A stretch of 56,347 bases of DNA, the filler included, from Stramenopiles sp. TOSAG23-3 (lineage: Eukaryota), in the NCBI GenBank assembly GCA_900128585.1. It is 4 parts of 4 records of this genome, joined end to end, with 100 filler letters (N's around TTAATTAATTAA, not from the genome) between each part and the next. Parts side by side here need not be neighbours in the genome. Positions count along the whole stretch, not along the records: positions 1 to 25,993 come from LT642280.1; 3 more parts are not named here. One strand, 5' to 3'. Positions 1 to 9,125 of this stretch are shown piece by piece. The position numbers and the translations under genes were made by a program. How positions within the stretch are numbered: the stretch's first letter is position 1; the number at the start of each line of letters is the position of its first letter. The notes beneath the pieces were generated by a model. It made no database searches and was not told the DNA's origin. It worked only from the letters and a program-made list of their open reading frames with translations.

Positions 1-520
1 TATAATATTAATTACAGTAATAAAATTGAAGATCACATTTTTTCCAAAAAAATAAAAAATAACTTAAATTTTTTTATTCACAAAAAAAATGGTCGTCAAT
101 CAATATTATTAAGGTTTAATAAATGAATATTCATATTGATATATTATATAATATAATTTATATATATGATTGTATTAATTGTACCTTAATCTATTTATTA
201 TTGATCCAATGCTATGTCCTACCGCCGTGATTATTTCAAAATCTCTTTTCTGTGGTGGGGAAGAGAGAAAAAAGAAAGAAAGAAAAACAATTATTATTAT
301 TATTATTGTATGATATGAGAAGAAATAATTTAATATGGAAAAAAAGAGATAGAGAATATACATACATTTGATTTTTAAAAAAGAGAATGGAACTATAATT
401 AAACGTTAAATATTAAGGCAAGAAGAAATTATTGTTTACGGCAAGAGGGGTCATTTTTTCCTTTGTTCTAGGGAAACGTTCCAACTATACTATCTACAAT
501 ACTCACTGGGCAAAGAAGGG

Positions 521-3160
521 ATGAAGCCCGAGGCCCAGCTTGGTCGGGGTCGGGCGTGCATAGACTTTAGAACAGTCATGGATTTGCCCTCTAAAAGCAC
601 TGGGTTGAGATATCTCCTTCTTTCGCCAATAATATTGTGTACGTGGTTCATCTTTCGGTGTTCTTTACTGTTCGAGCCGTCTCGACAGGAGCTCTCTCTG
701 TTTTGTGGGATTTTGGTGGGCACTCTGTTCCTAAAAACCTTGGGCCACGTTTCCGTCCGCAAGAGCACTACGTCCAGCAATGGGAAATCAGTTCCGTACC
801 CACCGAGCCGCAAACGCGAGAAAACATTTAAGCAAAAAATTGGGGCCATAGTTCCATGCCACAAATCTGAGGCTGAGATTAAGAAAGGACTTCAAAGTCT
901 TTTGATAAAAGGGATTTTGCCGGAACATATTTACGTGATGGATAATGCCGACTCACCGGTACCGCCAGACGATACTAAAAGGGTCGTGCGCTGCATACAC
1001 CCGGGAATTAAGTACATATTTATACCCAAGGGCCTGAAGACTTTTGCGCTGTGGAAGGCCACAAACGATTTTCCTAGCACCGTAAAGTACATTCTTCATT
1101 TGGACGACGACACTGTGCTTGCAGACAGCATCCGCTTCAACGAGGCAACATTCGATGACCCGACCGTAAGCTCGATTTCTTACAATATTCGAGTGAGGGA
1201 CCTGAGCGGGCGTTCTTCCGCGGACAGTGCGGCAAGCTGGTTGCATCGGTGCATTGATTTTGAGTTCTCCCTGAAAAACTCATGGCGGGTGTTTCAGACT
1301 AAGTATGAGGGGACTGGATGGTGGGCGCATGGAATATGTGGACTGTGGCGCCGCGAAGCATTCTACGAAACCTTGCGCAGCCACCCCTTTCGCCCGTTCG
1401 GGGAAGACACTTGGTTGGGTGCAATAAACTCTTTTCGAGGATACCGCATGGTGCACGAGTGCCATGGAAACGTATTTACGCACGCGCCGTCTACGCTATG
1501 TTCGTTCAGTAGCCGTATACAGGGGTACGGAGCGACATCGCTATGGAAACAAAGAGCCAAGCGGTGGTATGTCACAAATTTTTCCCTGTTGCATATACGC
1601 CTGCTGCAGTTTTTTACAAGGTTGCCAAAGCACAGTCCCGTTTCTCGTCTCCAGGAGATTGTATACCGCTCGGAGTTGCTCCTTCAACCCCTGTGGCATT
1701 TTATGCATTTGCTGTGGGTTCCGTCGATAACATTCAGGTGCTTCATGTATTTTTCGCTGCCGGAACAAATTATTGCAGCCTTGGCCTTGTACGCGCTTCT
1801 TCTGTTTCACTTTTATGTGGTCAGTGCGTTGGGATTCCCGAAAGAGCAACGGAAGGGGGACATCTTGTTTTCCTACCCACTGTTTTACCTGTTTTTGTCG
1901 TTGACCGAAGTGTATGCGTCTTGGTATGCATTGCTTGTGTACATTCCCATGTTTCCATCGAAAATCGGTCGATACACTTCAAGGACAGAGCTTTTGAAAA
2001 CGTTGCAGAAAACTGCAGTAGAGGCTTCCACTAAGTCGGTAGACGAAACCAAACAGACTCTGCGCAAGTTTTTAAAAATGAAACCTGGGGATGCCGACAA
2101 CAACCAGTTGGTGTACCACTACATTGCCGGGCGCCTGGTGAATGCGATCGAGAAATATCCTGGCGTTTTGGGCGCGCCCCTTTCCAAAATTGGCTTTGCA
2201 CGCACAAGCGGTGAAGTTCGGGAACAGTGCAACTATCGATGCGCAGACTTTTTTATTTTAGGAGCTTCAAAATGTGGGACTACGTCCCTATCAAGGCATT
2301 TATTAGCCCATCGAAAAATATCGTTCTTGTCCAGACTAGGCGGAGAGTCCTGTTCGCGGACGTTTCTGGAACAAGACGTGTCTCGGCTGACTTGTGACAA
2401 CATGGATGCTTTAGAGTGCCACATTTACGACAAGCGGCACGCCTCTGTATCATTCATGCACGCTTTGAACCGATTGTACACCCCACAAGATGACGGGGGC
2501 GGAAGCAAGCTTGGGCATTACACCCCACATTACCTGTACCACCCGTCAGTTCCGTTCAATATCCGTGATACATACACTGCTGAGTCTTTGAAAGCTTTGA
2601 AATTCATCGTGATGCTGCGAGAGCCCGTTTCTCGGGCGGTGTCGAGCTGGAAGTACAAAGTGCAGTGTGGGAAAGAGCACAGATCTCTTGAAAAGGCGAT
2701 AAAGGAGGGCATGTTTCAAGTGACATCATCGGAACGAATGTTGTCCCTGAAAGATTTTCAAATCGGATCTGAAACCTTTAGGAATCATTGGGAGTCTGCT
2801 ATTTTGGATGCCCCGGGTAGAACATGCTCACCGTTTAAGGACCATGTCGGTAAAGGCGTTTATAGCCTGCAATTAGAGCTGTGGTTTTCTATATTTTCAA
2901 ACCGAGAGCACTACAAATTTATCCCCCTTGAAAGTTTGAGGGATCGGCCAAAAAAGACCGTTAGAGACGTCCTTGAGTTTGTTGGATTAGAAAGCACGGA
3001 AGAGTGCAACCAATCTACGCAAATTCGGTACAACGGATCGAAGCCTTCTGGGGTCAAATTAAGTGCCGAAGACCTTAGGGCTATTGAACGGCTGAAAGAG
3101 TTTTACCGCCCGTATAATGAGAAATTGTATGCAATGATTGGTCGGAAATTGGGTTGGTAG
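521..3160 (+). CDS. Processive GT2 glycosyltransferase (chitin/hyaluronan-synthase-like) fused to a C-terminal PAPS-dependent sulfotransferase
   Basis: 879-aa ORF (alternative ATG 578). Two N-terminal TM segments; GT2 motifs IVPCH, VMDN, HLDDD, GEDT and QRAKRW (QxxRW-like), followed by several TMs. C-terminal 5'-PSB loop GASKCGTTSL, 3'-PB motif LREPVSRAVSSW, and a KGVYSLQLELW...LKEFYRPYNEKLY tail typical of HS3ST/NDST-type sulfotransferases. Confidence 0.85.
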   Translation: MKPEAQLGRGRACIDFRTVMDLPSKSTGLRYLLLSPIILCTWFIFRCSLLFEPSRQELSLFCGILVGTLFLKTLGHVSVRKSTTSSNGKSVPYPPSRKREKTFKQKIGAIVPCHKSEAEIKKGLQSLLIKGILPEHIYVMDNADSPVPPDDTKRVVRCIHPGIKYIFIPKGLKTFALWKATNDFPSTVKYILHLDDDTVLADSIRFNEATFDDPTVSSISYNIRVRDLSGRSSADSAASWLHRCIDFEFSLKNSWRVFQTKYEGTGWWAHGICGLWRREAFYETLRSHPFRPFGEDTWLGAINSFRGYRMVHECHGNVFTHAPSTLCSFSSRIQGYGATSLWKQRAKRWYVTNFSLLHIRLLQFFTRLPKHSPVSRLQEIVYRSELLLQPLWHFMHLLWVPSITFRCFMYFSLPEQIIAALALYALLLFHFYVVSALGFPKEQRKGDILFSYPLFYLFLSLTEVYASWYALLVYIPMFPSKIGRYTSRTELLKTLQKTAVEASTKSVDETKQTLRKFLKMKPGDADNNQLVYHYIAGRLVNAIEKYPGVLGAPLSKIGFARTSGEVREQCNYRCADFFILGASKCGTTSLSRHLLAHRKISFLSRLGGESCSRTFLEQDVSRLTCDNMDALECHIYDKRHASVSFMHALNRLYTPQDDGGGSKLGHYTPHYLYHPSVPFNIRDTYTAESLKALKFIVMLREPVSRAVSSWKYKVQCGKEHRSLEKAIKEGMFQVTSSERMLSLKDFQIGSETFRNHWESAILDAPGRTCSPFKDHVGKGVYSLQLELWFSIFSNREHYKFIPLESLRDRPKKTVRDVLEFVGLESTEECNQSTQIRYNGSKPSGVKLSAEDLRAIERLKEFYRPYNEKLYAMIGRKLGW

Positions 3161-3686
3161 AATCATAAAAAGATTTTTTTATACTTTCGAATTTATTTTT
3201 TTCACTATATTGATGAATTTACATCGTACCGAATGCCCTGTGGGCCTGTGGGGTGGTATTTTATTTCGATGTTCATCATAGTGCGCTCTTGTTGTTTTTT
3301 GCGAGAACCTCGTCGTTCGGTAGTGTTAGAATAGTACAACAGCACCGTACTTCATTTCACCAGGTAAGTAAATACAAGGACACAGTATTACCAAACCACA
3401 ATTCTTCGCAAACAACCTTTCTTCTTCTTCTATTTTTATTATTATTATTATTTCGTCGTAGTAGTAGTACGGTACTTGGTATTGTCGTCTATAATAATAA
3501 TATACAATAATAACAGAAGAATTATTATTATGATGAGTACTATTTGACTGGCGACGCTGAATCATCACACAAAGCATTTGTTCGTTGCGTTGGAAACGAA
3601 AATGTACGGAGCTTTTCTTTTGTTCACCAAAAAGTAGACGACGAACTAAGTAAATTGAATTTGTTTCTCTAATCAAATAAGAGAAA

Positions 3687-4400
3687 ATGAATTTAGACGA
3701 TTTGAACTATTTGGGAAAGAAAGCGAGGCGTAGGTTTGGGGCACGTGCCAATGAGGCAGTGTCGACTGAAACTTCGAACACCGCGAAAAAAATGATGGAA
3801 AAGATGGGGTGGACAGAGGGGCAGGGGTTGGGGAAGAACAGTGACGGAAGATCGACTCATATTGCTACCAAGAAGAGGGAAGATAAAAAAGGCTTGGGTC
3901 ATGGAAAATTAGAAGTTTCGCAAGGAAAAACTATCGACTGGTCGACAGAGGCAAAAGACGGTCGAACTCACGAATTATGGTGGAACGACGTGTACTCCAA
4001 GAACAGCGATAAGAAGAAGAAGAAGAAGAAAAAGAAGAAGAGCAAGAAAAAACGCAAGCGTTCAGACAGTGACGATAGCTCTGATGATGACGACTTGGAT
4101 GCCAAATTGTTTAAAGCCTGCGGCGGGACACGCCTTGGCATGCGAGCGCGCGGGGAACAGGACGGGAAATTTAAAAGAACCGAGGAAGCGGATTCTATTT
4201 TTCTGGCAAAGTACGGCGGCGGGGATTATGCTGATAAGAAGAAGAAGAGCAGTAGTAGCGATAAGTCGCCTGGAGTGAAAGACTCCCCGGGTAGAGAAAA
4301 GAAATCGAAGAAGGAAAAGAAGGAAAAGAAGGAAAAGAAGGAAAAAAAGGAAAAAAAGGAAAAGAAGTCAAAAAAAGAGAAAAAAAAGAAAAAGGAATAA
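3687..4400 (+). CDS. GPATCH4: G-patch domain protein (GPATCH4/PINX1-like, probably nucleolar)
   Basis: G-patch AKKMMEKMGWTEGQGLGKNSDG; WWNDVY and LFKACGG blocks resemble GPATCH4; KKE-repeat tail. Confidence 0.75.
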   Translation: MNLDDLNYLGKKARRRFGARANEAVSTETSNTAKKMMEKMGWTEGQGLGKNSDGRSTHIATKKREDKKGLGHGKLEVSQGKTIDWSTEAKDGRTHELWWNDVYSKNSDKKKKKKKKKKSKKKRKRSDSDDSSDDDDLDAKLFKACGGTRLGMRARGEQDGKFKRTEEADSIFLAKYGGGDYADKKKKSSSSDKSPGVKDSPGREKKSKKEKKEKKEKKEKKEKKEKKSKKEKKKKKE

Positions 4401-5041
4401 GTTGATACAAAGATCAGTTCTGTAATCATTCCAACTAAACCAAACAAATTTAACCAACCGACGACGACTAGCCGTGTATACTATTAATACTAAAAAAATG
4501 TAAAAAAAATGATGATGATGGATGCGCCACACTATAATACATAGACGCAGCAGAGGAATGAGGGAGGAAGAAGTGAAGAAGGAATAAAAAAAAGAAGAAG
4601 AAAAGAAGAAGAAGAAGAAAGAAAAGAAAAGACAAAAAGAAGAAGAAGAGAAAAAAAGAAAAGAAAAGAAAAGAAAAAAAGAAGAGAAGAAGAAAAGAGA
4701 ATACATATTTAATATACTTTTATAATTGATTTACCTATATATATATACAGAAAGAAGATCTTTTCTACTCCTCTTCTTCTACAGTAAAAAGAAAAGAAGA
4801 AAAAAAAAAAGAAGAAGAAGAAGAAAAAAAAAGAGAAGTAGTAGAAAATCTCGAATATTATATAATAAACAATACTTCAAATAAATTTATCATGTCATCA
4901 ATGACTCAATATAAAAGACGAAGTGAACAGCAATCCCTTTACTTTGATTTAAAGAAGATAAGGTGTATTAAATGTATATAGGAAAGTACTAGATTCTGCA
5001 TTTCCACCATAAGAAAGAAAAGTAATCGAGAAAAGGGTAGG

Positions 5042-6232
5042 ATGGAAACGCGGCCCCTCCGTCGTCGCAATACTGACAATAAAGAAACTGGGTTGCATGG
5101 GAGCCCAAGACTGCGAGCGGCGGGGTCCTATACTCGTAGAGCCGGAGAAAATGTGCTAGAGCGTCTTTTGCTTGGGTTGCATGAATTCCAGCCCCAAGGT
5201 GGTATATACGTGTTTGTGTTTACGTTTTTTGTTAGCTGGTCCTTTGCCCGTATTTTTGAAACGCTTTCAGGAAAGGGTGAGGCACCCGACCACTCTTTGC
5301 GTTGGCCCTTGGGAGTGTTTCTTGGCACGACCCTTGCAAGCCTTTGGATCGGTGAGGATGAAGAGGACGCGTCGAGTCGCGGCAGCGTTTTAGTGCTGCT
5401 CCGCTCTCGGATTTTGCACATTGCAAAGCTATTTGGGGCCGCAGTGTCGATATCGTTCTTTGAACGGTTTCTCGTGTTTCCCTACGCGGCAACATCTTTG
5501 TTTCTTCCCGCAGCTCTATCTATGGTCGCTCAAGACAGGTATATAGCTTTACGGATTTCTTCGAAGGGCCAACGTCGAATGGAAAGATCCAATAGTTTCT
5601 ATGAAACCGATTCAAAGACTGTGTACTCCTACGTTTGCTGCTGCGCTGCTAGGAATCGCGGCGGTGCAGCGCGCCCAAGCAAACAAAAGAGTGCGTACCA
5701 ACGCGCCGTCATTTTGAACCTCCTCTTTATCCTGTTCGCTATGGTAGTAGTGCTTTTCCACCTCAGATACCCGGCGAAACTAAACGGTTCTGTTCTAAAG
5801 CGACTTCCGCCGACCCCTTACTTTGGGATAACGTTGTTCCCATTTTCGAAGCCCGCTGTTGGCGAAGGTGGCAAACAGAAGAACACAAAGAAAACCTTTG
5901 CCGATGGTTACTTCAATTACAAGGGCAGGAGGGAAAAGAACGCCAGGGGGAACGACGACGAGGAGGAACCCCTTGAGTTCGGGCAAAAGGGAAAGGAGAA
6001 GAAGACGGAATATATGGTAGAGTTAGGAATGTCTCCAGGGGCTGACTTTTCCCTGAAGGATTTAAAAAATCATTATCGCACCCTTGCCATGAAGTACCAC
6101 CCAGACAAGTGCGGGCATGGCGGGTATGACCTGGACGAAGACCTATGCCAAGAACGTTTCATTAGAATTAGAAAAGCAAGCGAATACTTGGAAAGGTGGA
6201 AAAAGCGTGAAACTGATAGGCGGCGTCGTTGA
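5042..6232 (+). CDS. Membrane protein with C-terminal DnaJ (J) domain
   Basis: Several hydrophobic segments; C-terminal LKNHYRTLAMKYHPDK...ERFIRIRKASEYL J-domain with HPD motif. Confidence 0.8.
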   Translation: METRPLRRRNTDNKETGLHGSPRLRAAGSYTRRAGENVLERLLLGLHEFQPQGGIYVFVFTFFVSWSFARIFETLSGKGEAPDHSLRWPLGVFLGTTLASLWIGEDEEDASSRGSVLVLLRSRILHIAKLFGAAVSISFFERFLVFPYAATSLFLPAALSMVAQDRYIALRISSKGQRRMERSNSFYETDSKTVYSYVCCCAARNRGGAARPSKQKSAYQRAVILNLLFILFAMVVVLFHLRYPAKLNGSVLKRLPPTPYFGITLFPFSKPAVGEGGKQKNTKKTFADGYFNYKGRREKNARGNDDEEEPLEFGQKGKEKKTEYMVELGMSPGADFSLKDLKNHYRTLAMKYHPDKCGHGGYDLDEDLCQERFIRIRKASEYLERWKKRETDRRRR

Positions 6233-6377
6233 GTGTTTGTTAAGAGTGTCTTTTCCAGAAGTGTTTTACCAAAGCATTAAATAACCCAAGTTCATAAATC
6301 AAATACTCTGTAAACGTACCTGCCTGCCGGCCTCGATGTACCTAAAGTAAACAAAATGTATTTTTCGCCGTGGTGCT

Positions 6378-7754
6378 TCAAATTTTCCATCTACCGGGAT
6401 GGAGTCTAGCGTTGCGAGCGTGGGCCGTCACCGGTCGCCTTTTTTTTTTCAAAAATTTTGCAGGAGCATTCCCAACATTTTTGCGCTGCGAAACGAACGC
6501 GGACTGTGGTCTTTGTTTTGCGGGTGTTGTTCTAGATTGGGGTAAAGATGAAAGTTCATTTCGATCTGCGGCCGTTGCCACTGCCAATAGATTCAGGCCA
6601 TTTTCCTGCCCACGGATAACCGCAGTGCTGGGGCGGATGGTCTTTGAAACCATTCTGCTGTTATCAACCATTCTAGTCGACGAGGACTGATAGACCCTAC
6701 TTGGGACCGCTGATTGTGGTCTCAATTTCCTCGTAAGCATTTGTGGCTGCAGGTGACCACTGCGCTTCAGCACAGAAAGCGACGCCTGTCCCTTTTGCCG
6801 CATTGCCTGGACGTTCTTTGCGCTTTTTTTGGGAGTATCATTTCCTCGAAAGTACTCCATTTTCTGTGCGGGTGCAGATCCGTACAAATCGACACGGTCG
6901 TTGGCTGCTCGGACCCGTAGGTTGTGTGCCGAGTACTCTTTTCCAACGAGAGGGAGCTTGAATACTTCGTTCAGGGCCAACGGGAACATTTCGACCGCAT
7001 CGCTATCCTTCGCGTGGTATTTGGATTTCACGTTGTCCGGCAACGGCTTGCTTGCGCAATCCAAGCATTTTTGACCCCACAGGCCAGTTATGTTTCGCAA
7101 AAACCTTGACGGCTTAAGCTGCGGGTGAATTACCATCTCTTTTTTATCCAGCGGGTGAGGTTTCCACAGTGATCTAGAGTGCTGCCCAGCCCTCATCTGC
7201 AATTCCCTTTTGTTGTCGGCCGCCGTCTGAAATGGCCCTCGGAAAAATTTGGTCTGCTCCTTCTGCCTCGCATCGGCCCGGCGCAGTTCCTTCTCATACT
7301 CGTACATGCGCCTGGGGTGCGCAGTGTTGCGTTTTATTGTTTTCTGTTCTATGGATCTATTTTCTTTGTCTTGTTTGGCGTACATCCTGTTTCGGTAGGC
7401 TATGTTAAAGCACCGGTGGAACAACTCTGGCTCGCCCAGCAACGTTTTAAAGTCGTCTGGTACTGGAACGTCCCATTTGGGTTTCGGGTGCGCTGCTTTA
7501 AATGCCTCTTCAAATGTTTTCTGCCGCAGCTTACCATCCATATGATTTTCTGAAATAGCCTTGTCCCTTGCAACAGTAGCGTTGGCTTTCGTCAATGCGT
7601 TGAACCCAAACACGGTGCTTCTAGGGCGTTTTTCAGTAGAAGCATTTTCTGTATAATCGATTCCCATGGAAATATTTAGTACTTCATTGGTAGTCTTGAC
7701 ATGTTTCAGGGATGGGTCATTGCATCCTACCGACGTTTGCTTCAGTAAAGGCAT
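6378..7754 (-). CDS. Hypothetical basic protein
   Basis: Long ORF (about 460 aa) with coding-like GC between AT-rich flanks; first in-frame ATG at 7754; no motif recognised; RPxSA/RPxTA repeats near the C-terminus. Confidence 0.65.
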   Translation of the reverse strand: MPLLKQTSVGCNDPSLKHVKTTNEVLNISMGIDYTENASTEKRPRSTVFGFNALTKANATVARDKAISENHMDGKLRQKTFEEAFKAAHPKPKWDVPVPDDFKTLLGEPELFHRCFNIAYRNRMYAKQDKENRSIEQKTIKRNTAHPRRMYEYEKELRRADARQKEQTKFFRGPFQTAADNKRELQMRAGQHSRSLWKPHPLDKKEMVIHPQLKPSRFLRNITGLWGQKCLDCASKPLPDNVKSKYHAKDSDAVEMFPLALNEVFKLPLVGKEYSAHNLRVRAANDRVDLYGSAPAQKMEYFRGNDTPKKSAKNVQAMRQKGQASLSVLKRSGHLQPQMLTRKLRPQSAVPSRVYQSSSTRMVDNSRMVSKTIRPSTAVIRGQENGLNLLAVATAADRNELSSLPQSRTTPAKQRPQSAFVSQRKNVGNAPAKFLKKKRRPVTAHARNARLHPGRWKI

Positions 7755-9125
7755 CCTTGTTTGCTTTTTCAACAAATGTATCTGTTTCGTTCCAAACCAT
7801 AACCTGGATGGTGGTTTCTAAACATTCTTCGCTGAATAGTGGCAACGTTGTAGGTTGGTGTTCATTTCTTTCATTCCTATATTTTGTGTGTGTGTGCGCG
7901 TACAATATAAATGTACATAACATGCACTTTCAATTCCTTTTGTAACGTTTCATTTTTGTTTGTACTTGTGGTAGTACGGTAGGTAGGAACAGGTAAAAAA
8001 ACCAAGTGTCATGGTGGGTACATATAATATACATACTATAACAGTACACAATAAATTCAAGGAAAAGTCAAAAAACTATTTTTATACTAGTCTATATTAT
8101 TATATACTTATAGTTATTATTAGACTACGTATATAATATAGCAGGAATATAATAATAATAGTACGATACCGTACCATAACGATGTTTCCATATATATTAT
8201 TATACGAAGAAGGTATTCAATTTTGTGTGTTATTCCATCCACATCATGTTGTAATGATACTCACTATATGAAAATTTTTGATAAATGAAATATTTTATAT
8301 TATTTTTACTTCTGTATTAATATTATGAACGGTATATTAATAAGTGAATAAGAAAGAGTGTGTACAACGGTCAATATAATAATAACCAGTGAAAGTTGAG
8401 TTGAGTTGATGCGGGGTATTTTTTTGTCAGAAAGGACAAGTTGAAAACCTCGTCCATTTCCCTATTAAACAAGCATTTATTATACAAAAAACAACTACTA
8501 CACATTTAGCAGTCACAATATTAGCTATACGCGTATATCTTCTATAAATACCGTTATACATTTATATTATTGCATAACTTTATCTAACAGGTACATAATA
8601 CGTAATGTAACAATAACCATCTATTCCTTTTCTCATATTGGATTTTTTCACGAATAAATTTATTCAAGGACATCACAGCATCCCAAAATTATTTTTTTAT
8701 GTAGATGATTGCTATAGTAATAGCATGTATGATAAAATAAATAAAAAATCCGATTGGTTCTCTAATTGATTGATCGGCAATGACATTGTTACACGATATA
8801 AATACACTATGCATTTATGCATGGCCTACGTATGGCTTTATAATGATGACCTACTACTGGTATTTCATCACCGATATATATATAGCTATACGGTTTCCTC
8901 GGCGGCAGGGTGTGTGAACGCGATGAGTATAATATGAGTGATTAATTTTAATCGATCTATAGAAAATCGCGTGTACTGGTTCGTTTCTTCTCAGAGTACA
9001 ATTTGTTTACAGAACGAGATAACCCACCTAGTTGTTTATTCAAATATTCTTCGGTGTGAACGGTTTCTGGTACTTGAAGAGAGACAGCGTGTTGTTGAAG
9101 ACAAACTCCTGAACTGCCAAGCAGA

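Noticed and set aside
7717-7923. Upstream ORF overlapping the 6378-7754 gene as an extra exon or frameshifted N-terminus
   Set aside because: Short, begins in low-complexity sequence, and no homology or splice evidence supports joining.
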